A stretch of 64,000 nt of DNA from an uncultured Planctomycetia bacterium (GTDB lineage Bacteria; Omnitrophota; Gorgyraeia; 2-02-FULL-51-18): positions 228,204 to 292,203 of the forward strand of contig CAZXLF010000003.1 in assembly GCA_964642015.1 (NCBI GenBank). The letters are read 5' to 3'. Each line of letters starts with the position of its first letter. The stretch's first letter is position 1. Shown piece after piece: positions 1-9,560 of the stretch. The position numbers and the translations under genes are program-made. Under the pieces are notes generated by a model that saw nothing but the letters and a program-made list of their open reading frames with translations, was not told the origin of the DNA and searched no databases.

Positions 1-413
1 CCCAATTTTTTAAGGATTTTTTTTTCAACAGAGTATGTCCTGAACCTTGTGCTTTTAATTTTATCCGATGTCCGCTGATCCAAAAGTTTTGAAGTCTCTT
101 CTAAAACTCTCAGAGATTCTTTGACACGCTCGGCGTTCGCCAAAAATATATCAAGCGTACCCGCTCTTCCCTTTTCCAAGCTAGAAGGCTTCTTTCCAAC
201 GTCGCTGCGCACATCCCGCGCCGAGACCAGATCAAAACAAGACACCGGAAGGTCTTTCAGCGCGCTACTGACCGCGTGACGGATGCTTTTCAATTCTTTG
301 GTAAATGCACTGTCTTCCATCACAAAACGCGTGATCTCTTCGCAGACCCTCAATCCTTCGCGGGAACGGTTGAAATTCGCATCCAAAATGCGGAGGATCT
401 GGTGGCGTTTCAT
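1..413 (-). CDS. Hypothetical protein, 5' partial gene continuing beyond window start. The N-terminus MKRHQILRILDANFNRSREGLRVCEEITRF weakly resembles ThiE/TenI-family proteins.
   Basis: Manual reverse-complement translation from the ATG at 413 (ATGA overlap with the stop of the upstream gene) is open to position 1, about 137 codons. Not in the ORF track because it is truncated by the window edge. Confidence 0.4.
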   Translation of the reverse strand, partial: MKRHQILRILDANFNRSREGLRVCEEITRFVMEDSAFTKELKSIRHAVSSALKDLPVSCFDLVSARDVRSDVGKKPSSLEKGRAGTLDIFLANAERVKESLRVLEETSKLLDQRTSDKIKSTRFRTYSVEKKILKKL

Positions 414-913
414 TTGATCTTCTTTATTTTCTCGATCAACTTTGTCGTGGAATATCCTTTGACAAAACGAAGCGATCTCACTTTTCCGCCGTAGGACTCG
501 ACGAAATTGCCGCCTACAATATCTTTTTTCTTCCAATCCCCGCCTTTGACCAGAAAATCCGGTCGTATGGCGTGTATCAATTTATCGGGTGTGCTTTCTT
601 TAAAAAATACCGCGTAGTCGACCGCATCGAGCGCGCAGATCACTTCGGCTCTTTCCTGTTCATTGGTGACAGGTCTGCCGGAACCTTTGAGAAATTTAAC
701 AGAAGCATCCCGATTCAAGCCAAGGATCAGAATATCGCCCAAAGATCTTGCCTCGTTCAAATAACGCACATGGCCCACATGCAAAAGATCGAAACAGCCG
801 TTCGTAAAAACGATCTTTTTTCTTGATCGCCGGAGCGAAGAAGCTATGCGGGAGATCTCGGCAAAAGATTTTAATTTTATTTTTTTGGGATCGGAGCGGT
901 GATCGTTCTTCAT
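410..913 (-). CDS. hldC: D-glycero-beta-D-manno-heptose 1-phosphate adenylyltransferase (RfaE domain II / HldC-type cytidylyltransferase-like)
   Basis: The FTNGCFDLLHVGHVRYL nucleotidyltransferase (H/T)xGH motif is typical of HldE domain II. Size is 167 aa. The gene sits immediately downstream of gmhA. Confidence 0.8.
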   Translation of the reverse strand: MKNDHRSDPKKIKLKSFAEISRIASSLRRSRKKIVFTNGCFDLLHVGHVRYLNEARSLGDILILGLNRDASVKFLKGSGRPVTNEQERAEVICALDAVDYAVFFKESTPDKLIHAIRPDFLVKGGDWKKKDIVGGNFVESYGGKVRSLRFVKGYSTTKLIEKIKKIK

Positions 914-926
914 CTATGCAGACCGT

Positions 927-1499
927 TTAACGGCTCAACCAAAGCTCATCCACGCGTTCGCAGATGATGTGTCCGATCATGATGTGAGATTCTTGGATCC
1001 TCGCGGTCTTATCCGACGGGACAACGATTGACAGGTCCACCATAGAGTTCAATTGTCCGCCGGAACGGCCCGATAATCCGATGGTCTTGATGCCTATCGA
1101 CTTGGCTTTAGTCACTGCCGAAAGAACATTCTTTGAATTTCCGCTGGTGGATATAGCGTAAGCCACATCTCCGCTGGAGCCCAAAGCTTCGATCTGTCTT
1201 TCAAAAATCCTCTCAAAACCATAGTCATTTCCGACGGCCGTCAAGATAGAGGTATCGGTCGATAACGCAATAGCCGGTAAACCGCGCCGTTCTTTTTCAT
1301 ATCTTCCGACTAGCTCCGCGGCCAGATGCTGGCTATCGCTGGCTGACCCGCCATTCCCGAAAAACAACACCTTATGGCCTGATTTCAAACAATCAAAAAC
1401 CATTTGCGCCGCCTTCTCGATAAGCGGCACATGATTTTTGAGAAGCGTTGTTTTGACGTTGATACTTTCTTGAATATCTTGCGAAACAGAATGTCTCAT
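927..1499 (-). CDS. gmhA: Phosphoheptose (sedoheptulose-7-phosphate) isomerase, SIS domain
   Basis: VLFFGNGGSASDSQHLAAEL and LAIALSTDTSILTAVGNDYGFE match the GmhA SIS fold. Size is 190 aa. Confidence 0.85.
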   Translation of the reverse strand: MRHSVSQDIQESINVKTTLLKNHVPLIEKAAQMVFDCLKSGHKVLFFGNGGSASDSQHLAAELVGRYEKERRGLPAIALSTDTSILTAVGNDYGFERIFERQIEALGSSGDVAYAISTSGNSKNVLSAVTKAKSIGIKTIGLSGRSGGQLNSMVDLSIVVPSDKTARIQESHIMIGHIICERVDELWLSR

Positions 1500-1502
1500 G
1501 AT

Positions 1503-2525
1503 TTAACCAAAAAATACGCGGGCCAGATCGTAAAACTCAGGACCGACCGTTTTAAGTGTTCCGACCGCAGACTCAATCGGAATGCTTATAATCTCATTTG
1601 CCTTAAGAGCCACCATCTGACCGAATTTACCTTCTCTGACAAGCTCAACCGCCCTAGCGCCAAACCTGGTGCCCAATACGCGGTCAAAAGCGGATGCGGT
1701 GCCGCCGCGCTGAATATGCCCAAGCACTGTCACGCGAGTCTCAAAACCCGTTTTTTGCTCGATCTGTTTGGCTAGAAGCTCGCCTATACCGCCCAGACGG
1801 ACATGGCCAAACTCATCCAGTTTCTTTTCAAGTGTCACTTCAGACCCTTCAAATTTTGCACCTTCCGCGACGACGATAATGCTAAAACTCTTCCCCCGCT
1901 CATTCCTTTTCTTGATGACGTCACAAACTTCCTGCATCTTGATCGGTATTTCAGGGATCAAAATAAGATCCGCGCCGCCCGCAAGCCCGGAATGAAGCGC
2001 GATCCAGCCGGCGTGCCGCCCCATCACCTCAACAACCATGATCCGGCGATGGCTTTCGGCCGTAGAATGAAGGCGGTCGATCGCTTCCATTGCGATATTA
2101 ACAGCCGTATCAAATCCAAAAGTAAAATCCGTTCCCGACAGGTCATTGTCGATCGTCTTCGGAACACCGACAACATTAAATCCTTCCTTATATAGTTTTG
2201 ACGCAGCGCCAAGCGTATCTTCACCGCCAATGGCGATCAATGCGTTTAGTCCCAAATTCTTGAAATTGACCTTTAATTTATCTAAAGCCGCTTTATCCTT
2301 GAAAGGATTGGTCCTGCTTGTGCCAAGGATCGTTCCGCCGCGATGCAAGATCCCTGAGATTGCGGTAAGATCTAAGACCTTTGTATTGTTCTCCACCAAA
2401 CCCTTCCAGCCATTCTGGATGCCGATAGTTTCATATCCGTATCGAAGCGCCGTTTTAACCGCCGCACGGATCACGGGATTGAGCCCTGGACAGTCACCGC
2501 CTCCCGTCAAAATACCCACTTTCAT
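1503..2525 (-). CDS. pfkA: 6-phosphofructokinase, PfkA family; residue signature suggests a pyrophosphate-dependent enzyme
   Basis: MKVGILTGGGDCPGLNPVIRA. GGEDT replaces the ATP-type GGDGS, and PKTIDND replaces PGTIDND. This gives Asp and Lys at the positions equivalent to E. coli Gly104 and Gly124. Confidence 0.8.
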   Translation of the reverse strand: MKVGILTGGGDCPGLNPVIRAAVKTALRYGYETIGIQNGWKGLVENNTKVLDLTAISGILHRGGTILGTSRTNPFKDKAALDKLKVNFKNLGLNALIAIGGEDTLGAASKLYKEGFNVVGVPKTIDNDLSGTDFTFGFDTAVNIAMEAIDRLHSTAESHRRIMVVEVMGRHAGWIALHSGLAGGADLILIPEIPIKMQEVCDVIKKRNERGKSFSIIVVAEGAKFEGSEVTLEKKLDEFGHVRLGGIGELLAKQIEQKTGFETRVTVLGHIQRGGTASAFDRVLGTRFGARAVELVREGKFGQMVALKANEIISIPIESAVGTLKTVGPEFYDLARVFFG

Positions 2526-2526
2526 T

Positions 2527-3930
2527 TTATTTCTCCTTTCCCGAAGATACAGCAGTCACATTCTCTTCTAAACTTTTATCGCTCCATTCACCCATCAGGC
2601 GCTGAATAAAATCCGTATACATCTGCCCGCGACGGAAAATAGGGCTTTTCAAGATCTCTTTGTGAAGAGGGATTGTCGTCTTAATCGGTTCAACGATGAA
2701 TTCATCAAGTGCCCTTTGCATGATACTGATTGCTTCCCCGCGGTTCCGCCCGTATGCCATGAGCTTTCCTATCATTGAGTCATAATACGGCAAAACTTTG
2801 TAACCCGAATAGGCGTGTGAATCCATGCGCACGCCCGGTCCACCCGGAACATTGTATCGCTCGATCCTGCCGGGAGACGGGGTGAAATTATTTGCCGGGT
2901 CTTCCGCATTGATACGGCATTCGATCGCGTGGCCCCTCAGAGGGATCTTGTCTTGTTTGCGGATAGAAAGTTTTTCCCCGGCAGCAACCCGGATCTGCTC
3001 CTTCACGATATCAATGCCGGTGACAAGCTCGGTGATCCCGTGCTCAACTTGAACGCGCGTATTCATTTCCATGAAATAAAAACGACCATCTTCATCCAAA
3101 AGAAATTCGATAGTGCCGACATTAACATAATTGACGGCTTTGGCGGCTTTGATCGCTGCTTCACCCATTTTTTTTCTCAGTTTCCAATCCACGGAAGGAG
3201 AAGGCGCTTCTTCTAAAAGCTTCTGATGGCGTCGCTGGATCGTGCAATCTCTCTCGTAAAGATGGACGATATGCCCGTGTGAATCGGCTAGGATCTGAAA
3301 TTCAATATGCTTTGGCTTTTCGAGATATTTTTCAATGTAAACAGCAGGATTTCCAAATGCAGCCTCCGCCTCGGCTTGAGCAGTCATCAAAGCGCTGACC
3401 AGGCGGACATCGTTGTGGCAGACACGCATTCCACGGCCGCCGCCGCCCGCCGTCGCCTTAATGATAACGGGATATTTTATTTTTTTGGCGATCTTCAGAG
3501 CATCATCTTTGTCTTTTACGGCTTCCTGAGTGCCAGACACGATAGGTACACCTACCTTACGCATCAGTTCGCGCGCAGACATCTTATCACCCATTGCACG
3601 GATCGCTTGAGGAGTCGGCCCAATAAACTTAATTTGGCAGGATTCACAAATCTCGGCAAAATGTGCGTTTTCAGCTAAAAAACCGTAACCAGGATGGATC
3701 GCATCAACGTCAGTGATTTCGGCGGCACTGATAATAGAAGGGATGTTCAGATAACTTTGAGAACTTGGCGCGGCCCCGATACAAACCGCTTCGTCCGCCA
3801 AATGCACATGAGGCGACTCAGCATCAGGCTCGGAGTAGACCGCAACCGTGCGGACACCCATTTCTTTACAGGCGCGGATGATTCGTAGCGCTATTTCACC
3901 GCGATTGGCTACCAAAATTTTTGAAAACAT
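2527..3930 (-). CDS. accC: Acetyl-CoA carboxylase, biotin carboxylase subunit
   Basis: [25 protein letters not shown] and a full ATP-grasp biotin carboxylase pattern. Size is 467 aa. Confidence 0.93.
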   Translation of the reverse strand: MFSKILVANRGEIALRIIRACKEMGVRTVAVYSEPDAESPHVHLADEAVCIGAAPSSQSYLNIPSIISAAEITDVDAIHPGYGFLAENAHFAEICESCQIKFIGPTPQAIRAMGDKMSARELMRKVGVPIVSGTQEAVKDKDDALKIAKKIKYPVIIKATAGGGGRGMRVCHNDVRLVSALMTAQAEAEAAFGNPAVYIEKYLEKPKHIEFQILADSHGHIVHLYERDCTIQRRHQKLLEEAPSPSVDWKLRKKMGEAAIKAAKAVNYVNVGTIEFLLDEDGRFYFMEMNTRVQVEHGITELVTGIDIVKEQIRVAAGEKLSIRKQDKIPLRGHAIECRINAEDPANNFTPSPGRIERYNVPGGPGVRMDSHAYSGYKVLPYYDSMIGKLMAYGRNRGEAISIMQRALDEFIVEPIKTTIPLHKEILKSPIFRRGQMYTDFIQRLMGEWSDKSLEENVTAVSSGKEK

Positions 3931-3975
3931 TCAAGACTCCAATCCTTCACGGTCTTGCTTGATTCGATTCAAAGA

Positions 3976-4428
3976 TTATTCAAGCGAAAATAGAGGTTGG
4001 CCGAACTCCACCGGATCGCCGTTATGGACAAGTACTTCTGAGATTTTTCCGCGCACTTCGGCTTTGATCTCGTTCATCAGCTTCATCGCTTCAATAATGC
4101 AAATCACCTGACCCACTTCCACCGAAGCGCCGACCTGAACAAACGGTGCGGCATCCGGTGCCGGTGATGCATAAAACGTGCCAACCATAGGAGATTTAAT
4201 GAAAACTTTTTGAGCTTGAGGCGCGCTTTTCGGTGATTCTTTAGCCTCCGCAGGGTTTCTGTTCTGCGTAGTCGGCATCACAGGAAGTTCCTGAACCACA
4301 GATTGCTCAACATAACCGGAAGAATTTTTCTTAAGACGAATTTTTAGACCATCTTTTTCAAGATCAAGCTCCGTGAGATTATTTTCATTCATGAGCTGAA
4401 TCATTTCTTTGATCTCTTTGATATTCAC
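3976..4428 (-). CDS. accB: Biotin carboxyl carrier protein of acetyl-CoA carboxylase
   Basis: C-terminal biotinyl domain EAMKLMNEI with the biotin-attachment Lys. Lies directly downstream of accC. Confidence 0.9.
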   Translation of the reverse strand: MNIKEIKEMIQLMNENNLTELDLEKDGLKIRLKKNSSGYVEQSVVQELPVMPTTQNRNPAEAKESPKSAPQAQKVFIKSPMVGTFYASPAPDAAPFVQVGASVEVGQVICIIEAMKLMNEIKAEVRGKISEVLVHNGDPVEFGQPLFSLE

Positions 4429-4458
4429 TGAGTCTTTTCCCCCAAACCCTTAAAAAAA

Positions 4459-5016
4459 CTAGGCTCTTTCCAAATATTGTCCTGTGCGAGTATCTACGCG
4501 AACTTCATCACCGGTATTCACGAAAAGAGGCACCTTGATCATTGCGCCCGTTTCCATTTTTGCGGGCTTTGTACCGCTTTTTGCTGTATCACCGCGGATA
4601 CCGGGTTCCGTCTCCGTAATTTTTAAAGTAACCGAGGGCGGCAATTCGACCGAAAGAAGCTCTTCATCGAGATAGCGACCGGTCACTTCGGTGTTTTCCT
4701 TAAGAAAATTGACTTTTTCTCCAAGTTGTTGCGCGTTCACAACAACTTCGTGATAATTCTGAGAATCCATGAAGTGATATTTATTCCCTTCATTGTAAAG
4801 GTATTGAATAGGCTTATCTTCTAAAAACACATCCTCAAACTTTTCCCCGGAGCGGAATTTCTGCTCCACAACGTTCCCGGTCTTGATGTTTTTGAGCTTA
4901 GTGCTGACGATTGGCTGGCGCTGTTGCATCTTGACCAGCTGGAATTCAATGATTTCGCAAAGATCATTGTTATACTTGATGATGATGCCTGACTTAAATT
5001 GGCTTGTCGAGATCAC
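4459..5016 (-). CDS. efp: Translation elongation factor P
   Basis: 185 aa with the EF-P three-domain pattern (KPGKG-like loop region, GDTAKSGTKPAKMETGAMIKVPLFV). Confidence 0.9.
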   Translation of the reverse strand: MISTSQFKSGIIIKYNNDLCEIIEFQLVKMQQRQPIVSTKLKNIKTGNVVEQKFRSGEKFEDVFLEDKPIQYLYNEGNKYHFMDSQNYHEVVVNAQQLGEKVNFLKENTEVTGRYLDEELLSVELPPSVTLKITETEPGIRGDTAKSGTKPAKMETGAMIKVPLFVNTGDEVRVDTRTGQYLERA

Positions 5017-6058
5017 GTGTTAGAACCTCATTTCCTTTATCGGTGATTAATACCATATCTTCTATACGAACGCCGAAACGTCCTGGCAAATAAATCCCCG
5101 GCTCTACTGTAATGACCATGCCAGGTTTTAGAACCGTTTTACTGCGTGGCGAAACCGTCGGCGCTTCATGGATCTCAAGGCCCACTCCGTGACCCGTTCC
5201 ATGCCCGAAATACTTCCCATAACCTTTCCGATGGATATGCTGCCTGCACGCAGCATCCACATCGCTGGCCAAAACTCCTGGGCCGGCTTTTTTTATGCCC
5301 AGACGCTGCGCATCCCATACGATCTTATGGATTTTTTTGTACAAAGGATTCATTTTACCTAAAAACAGTGGCCGGGTCAAATCAGAGTAATACCCTTCGT
5401 AAACAACTCCCATATCCACGAGCAACACTTCGTTGTCTTTGATAACCGTTTCATTGGTCTGGCAATGGGGCATTGACGAACGCGGGCCCGCGGCAATGAT
5501 AATATCGAACGCCGGCTTCTCAGAGCCGATCGATTTCGTAAAATGCTCAAGACGCGCCTGCACTTCCCTTTCCCTCATTCCGGGTCTGGCGATCTGCCGA
5601 ATATAATGATAGCCCTTCACAGCAATATCGGCGGATTTCCGCATCTGACCAACCTCAAAACTGTCTTTCAGTTCTCTCAACGACTCCACAAGATTGGCTG
5701 TTGGCCTGAGCTGCTCCTCGCTAAAAACCTTTCTAAGCCCTGAATAAAACGAATGGGTCACGATCGCAGATTCGAATCCGAGAACAGAGATCTTATCTTT
5801 TTTCATAAGACCAGCGACGATCTCAGGAACTGTTTGGCCGTCTCTCATCAGAACCTTAAAGCCTTTGGCCTCGTGCTCCGCTTGTTCTGAATAACGGGAA
5901 TCCGTAATAAAATAACATCCTTTGGGTGAGACCAGGATCCAAGATTCGGTACCTTTAAACCCGCTCAAATAAGTTACATTAGGCCAAGAGCTGACAAGAA
6001 GTGCGTCTATCTCGAACGCTCTGAATAAAGAGAACAATTTTCTAAGACGCGGGTTCAT
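4994..6058 (-). CDS. pepP: Xaa-Pro aminopeptidase / M24 family metallopeptidase
   Basis: Creatinase-like N-terminal domain plus M24 motifs ([19 protein letters not shown]). Overlaps efp by 23 nt. Confidence 0.8.
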   Translation of the reverse strand: MNPRLRKLFSLFRAFEIDALLVSSWPNVTYLSGFKGTESWILVSPKGCYFITDSRYSEQAEHEAKGFKVLMRDGQTVPEIVAGLMKKDKISVLGFESAIVTHSFYSGLRKVFSEEQLRPTANLVESLRELKDSFEVGQMRKSADIAVKGYHYIRQIARPGMREREVQARLEHFTKSIGSEKPAFDIIIAAGPRSSMPHCQTNETVIKDNEVLLVDMGVVYEGYYSDLTRPLFLGKMNPLYKKIHKIVWDAQRLGIKKAGPGVLASDVDAACRQHIHRKGYGKYFGHGTGHGVGLEIHEAPTVSPRSKTVLKPGMVITVEPGIYLPGRFGVRIEDMVLITDKGNEVLTRDLDKPI

Positions 6059-6516
6059 TTTTTCTTTTTGGAAGTTTTTTTATCCTGTAAAATTTCGATC
6101 GCCGCCAGAAGGCCAAGTTCATAACTTTTTTTTCCAAAACCGGAGATCTGGCCCTTGGCTACCGGAGCAATAAGGGATTGATGGCGGAATTCTTCCCTAG
6201 CGTAGATATTCGACAAATGGACCTCGATCACAGGCGTATTGATGGCTGAGACAGCGTCACGGATCGCAACGCTCGTATGCGTATAAGCCGCAGGATTCAT
6301 AACGATCACATCAAAAGACCGGCCTGCTTTACCTATCTTCGACACGATCTCGCCTTCGTGATTCGATTGAAAACACTCCAGGGAAATTTTGTGTGCCTTG
6401 GCCATTTTCTTAAGGTCATTATTGATCTGGTCAATCGTCACGGAGCCATAAACGCCGGGCTCGCGCTGCCCTAATAAGTCCAGATTCGGTCCGTGAATAA
6501 CAAGGATTTTCCTCAT
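6055..6516 (-). CDS. aroQ: 3-dehydroquinate dehydratase, type II
   Basis: [24 protein letters not shown] and [19 protein letters not shown] match AroQ. I place the start at the internal Met (MRKIL); the ORF track extends to 6573. Confidence 0.85.
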   Translation of the reverse strand: MRKILVIHGPNLDLLGQREPGVYGSVTIDQINNDLKKMAKAHKISLECFQSNHEGEIVSKIGKAGRSFDVIVMNPAAYTHTSVAIRDAVSAINTPVIEVHLSNIYAREEFRHQSLIAPVAKGQISGFGKKSYELGLLAAIEILQDKKTSKKKK

Positions 6517-6517
6517 C

Positions 6518-7492
6518 TCATATCTCCTGACCTTCAATCGTGCCCATTTCCTTGAACCGCACATGATAATCATGCCTGACTAAATAAATGATACCGCCGA
6601 TCAAGCTTAATAAAAAAAGAAGCGCAAGCCACAGGATCCCGATCGCAGCCGCGTATTCCCTGCCCAGATACGGTGTAAGAATTTTGATGTAAGCCCATTC
6701 ACGCACGCCCAAGCCGCCCAAAGAAGGCATCATGCTGATCAAATGAACGACCGGCACCAAAAGAAAGAAATAAATGGCGTTCGTGTGAGAACCTAGCGCC
6801 AGCGACAAGATATAAAGCACAAGGATATTCGCGCTTTGGCCGATAATGGATAAAAGCATCGCATTCACGATCAAGATCTTATGGTCTTTAAATTTATGGA
6901 GTCCATCGTATATCTTGCGCATCTTGGAACCCAGCTTCAGATAGTTCAACAAAATCTCGATGAATTGAAAACGTCTTGCAATGTTCCTATTGAAAAGTAG
7001 GATAAAAAAAACAATCGAAAAAACAAGAAATGAATAAACTATGATCGGCACTTTTGGGTCCTGTATCTTCTTAAGAAAAAAAAGGAGGCTGATGCTTGGG
7101 ATCATGATGAACGTGAAAAGTCCAAATATCCTGTCCATCAACACGGATGTAACCGACTTGACCGGCTCACCTGTGATGCGCGCTGCGGACATCGCTTTCA
7201 CGATATCTCCGCCGACCGACGTAGGCAGGAAATTATTAAAGAAAGACCCGACGAATGTTAGATTAGAAGCATCCCAAAACTTGATCGCGATACCTTCCGC
7301 CTCGAATATCATCTGAAGTCGTTTCGCCATGAGAAGCACCGTTAAAAGAAAGAGCACCACGCCAAAAACTAAAAGCTTGCGGTTCATATTATGAAGAACC
7401 TGAGATATCCTGGGGATATCTTCTCTCACGCACCAGAAAAGAAGGCCTATAAAAAAAAGACTTATCAAGGTCCTTAAGATCATTTTTCTCAT
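6518..7492 (-). CDS. Integral membrane protein of the MprF-TM/flippase-like family (lysylphosphatidylglycerol-synthase TM-region homolog)
   Basis: 324 aa, polytopic. [21 protein letters not shown] and C-terminal GGLGVRE motifs are typical of the UPF0104/LPG_synthase_TM family. Confidence 0.6.
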   Translation of the reverse strand: MRKMILRTLISLFFIGLLFWCVREDIPRISQVLHNMNRKLLVFGVVLFLLTVLLMAKRLQMIFEAEGIAIKFWDASNLTFVGSFFNNFLPTSVGGDIVKAMSAARITGEPVKSVTSVLMDRIFGLFTFIMIPSISLLFFLKKIQDPKVPIIVYSFLVFSIVFFILLFNRNIARRFQFIEILLNYLKLGSKMRKIYDGLHKFKDHKILIVNAMLLSIIGQSANILVLYILSLALGSHTNAIYFFLLVPVVHLISMMPSLGGLGVREWAYIKILTPYLGREYAAAIGILWLALLFLLSLIGGIIYLVRHDYHVRFKEMGTIEGQEI

Positions 7493-7540
7493 AAGTGATT
7501 AATTCTAACAAAGATGAGTGGAAAAGTCATAGGATTTTGG

Positions 7541-8539
7541 CTAGTCCTGCTGATTTCTCAGGATCTCAGCGGAAAGTTCGGGAGGGGTCGGATTCACATA
7601 AAAGCCGGTCCCCCATTCAAAGCCGGCCACCTGCGTCAGATGCGGAATGATCTCAATATGCCAATGATAGCTCTGACGGTCATTCGCCTGCATCGGTAAT
7701 GAATGGATCATAAAATTATACGAAGGATCTTTTAGGCCTTTCTTTAATTTTGCCAATGTCTTTTTCAGGACACGCGCCAAAGATTGGATCTGACCGTCCG
7801 TAATGGCGTCAAAGTCCGCTTCGTGAAACTTCGGCATGATCCACATCTCAAAAGGAAACCGGGACACGAACGGCGCAAAAGATATGAAATCGCCATCCTC
7901 CAATATCGTCAACTTCTTCTCAGCACGTTCTTGATTCAGCATATCGCAAAAAATACATCGATCCGTAAATTCAAAATGTTTGAGCGCTCCTTTCAATTCC
8001 CCCAAAACCCTTGAAGGAACGATCGGTAAAGCGATAAGCTGAGAATGCGGATGCTCTAAGCTGGCGCCGGCCGCTGCTCCATAGTTTTTAAATATCAGTG
8101 TGTATTTAAAGCGGTTATCTTTTCTCAGATCCAAGCAGCGGTCGCGATAAGCCTTTAATATAAGCTCGACCTGATCATCGGATAAACCCGAGATCTCCGT
8201 GTCGTGTTCCGGATTCTCAATGATCACTTCATGCGCGCCAAAACCGCCGATCTTGTCATAAATACCGTAAGCGTATTTTTCGGTGCTTTCTTCGATGCGG
8301 AGCGCAGGAAATTTATTGGGGACCACCCGAACCTGCCAGCCGGCGGATGATTTAGAACCGCTTTTTCGTCCGTAAGAAATGATCTCATGCGGCGTCATCC
8401 CTTCATTGCCGGGACAAAAAGGGCATGTCTTGCTGGACTTGTGATTCCCGTCCGACTCAAACGAATCGGCCGCACGCGGGTTCTCAATATTAACGATTAC
8501 CCAGCGACTGGTAATGGGATCTTTACGAAGCTGGGGCAT
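7541..8539 (-). CDS. GalT-like HIT-family nucleotidyltransferase/phosphorylase (galactose-1-phosphate uridylyltransferase-like), catalytic motif intact
   Basis: CPFCPGNE Zn knuckle, GAHEVIIE, LEHPHSQLIA (the HPH nucleophile motif) and C-terminal FEWGTGFYVNPTPPE. Confidence 0.75.
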   Translation of the reverse strand: MPQLRKDPITSRWVIVNIENPRAADSFESDGNHKSSKTCPFCPGNEGMTPHEIISYGRKSGSKSSAGWQVRVVPNKFPALRIEESTEKYAYGIYDKIGGFGAHEVIIENPEHDTEISGLSDDQVELILKAYRDRCLDLRKDNRFKYTLIFKNYGAAAGASLEHPHSQLIALPIVPSRVLGELKGALKHFEFTDRCIFCDMLNQERAEKKLTILEDGDFISFAPFVSRFPFEMWIMPKFHEADFDAITDGQIQSLARVLKKTLAKLKKGLKDPSYNFMIHSLPMQANDRQSYHWHIEIIPHLTQVAGFEWGTGFYVNPTPPELSAEILRNQQD

Positions 8540-9560
8540 TGGTTTCCCTTAAAAGTTGGGCTGCATCTTCCGGAGGCGTCGGATTAATATAAATTCCGGT
8601 ACCCCATTCGAATCCCGCATCGCGGGCAAGTCTCGGGGATATTTGGATATACCAGTGATAGTCTTCTTCTATCGTCTTCCAATAACCTTCTTTTTTCTTG
8701 TGCCGATAAGGCGCTGTGTGCAGGATCATGTTATAAGGAGGGTCGTCCAATATGATCTTTAGTTTCGATAAACATTCTTTTAAAATCGATGCAAGATCCC
8801 CGTAATCCGTCGATTCGAGCTTTCCAAAATCAGCACAATGCTTCTTGGGTAGGATCCAAGTCTCGAACGGAGACCGTGATGCGAACGGACAATACGCAAA
8901 AAAAGATCTATTCTGAGCCACGATCCGCGATCCATCCTGCGATTCTTGTCTTAAAATATCGCAAAAGACACATCGTTCACGCCGATCAAAATAATTCTTG
9001 GCCGAGACCAACTCTTCTTTCACCCGCTTTGGAGTGATTGGTGTCGCGATGAGCTGTGACCTTGCATGGCGGATCACATCGCGCGCCGAACCAAAGATCA
9101 ATCCGTGATTCTTAAAAAGAAGCGCGTATTTAAAACGCGGGTCCTTTTCAAGATCATTTATACGCTGAATATACGCCTGGATCACCAATTTGATATTTTC
9201 CACGCTTAATTCGTCCAAGCCGTGTTTGTGCCGAGGATGCTCGATAATAATTTCGTGCGTGCCGACACCCTGCATGAGGTCATAGATCCCTGAACCGAAC
9301 CGGTCAAAATTGTTTTCATCCAATAAGATCGGGACCTTACTCTTAATAACCCGGACCTGCCAGCCGCTGTCATTCGCCGAAGTACCCGGCTTACGGATCG
9401 CAAATATCTCTTGTGTGGTCTCATATTCTCTTCCTTCACAAAACGGGCAATCGTGTTCTTCGGCGACAGCTTTCACTTTAACCTCTACAGGGCGTCTGGA
9501 TCTTTCTGTGGAAATGATCGTCCAATAACCAACGACGGGGTCTCTTCTCAGTTCAGGCAT
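8523..9560 (-). CDS. GalT-like HIT-family paralog with degenerate active site (HPH replaced by HAR)
   Basis: CPFCEGRE, GTHEIIIE and FEWGTGIYINPTPPE are conserved, but the motif reads IRHARSQLIA instead of EHPHSQLIA. I place the start at the internal Met MPELRRDP, which parallels MPQLRKDP of the neighbouring paralog; the ORF track extends to 9656. Confidence 0.7.
   Translation of the reverse strand: MPELRRDPVVGYWTIISTERSRRPVEVKVKAVAEEHDCPFCEGREYETTQEIFAIRKPGTSANDSGWQVRVIKSKVPILLDENNFDRFGSGIYDLMQGVGTHEIIIEHPRHKHGLDELSVENIKLVIQAYIQRINDLEKDPRFKYALLFKNHGLIFGSARDVIRHARSQLIATPITPKRVKEELVSAKNYFDRRERCVFCDILRQESQDGSRIVAQNRSFFAYCPFASRSPFETWILPKKHCADFGKLESTDYGDLASILKECLSKLKIILDDPPYNMILHTAPYRHKKKEGYWKTIEEDYHWYIQISPRLARDAGFEWGTGIYINPTPPEDAAQLLRETNAPAS

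Noticed and set aside
276-494. 72-aa plus-strand ORF at the window start
   Set aside because: It overlaps, antisense, the conserved minus-strand 5'-partial gene (1-413) and the end of hldC. No motif support.
1503-2525. PfkA-family enzyme as the missing heptose-7-phosphate 1-kinase of the ADP-heptose pathway
   Set aside because: The known heptokinases are PfkB/ribokinase-fold (HldE domain I/HldA) and phosphorylate the anomeric C1. PfkA-fold enzymes phosphorylate C1 of ketose phosphates. The adjacency to gmhA is more simply explained by operon packing. It is kept only as a low-interest note.
2146-2571. Plus-strand ORFs of 60-160 aa throughout the track (for example 2146-2571, 20617-21111, 36038-36529, 62280-62750)
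   Set aside because: Each lies entirely antisense to a long minus-strand gene with clear homology-type motifs. The translations are low-complexity or Arg/Ser-rich with no recognisable motifs. They are treated as shadow ORFs.
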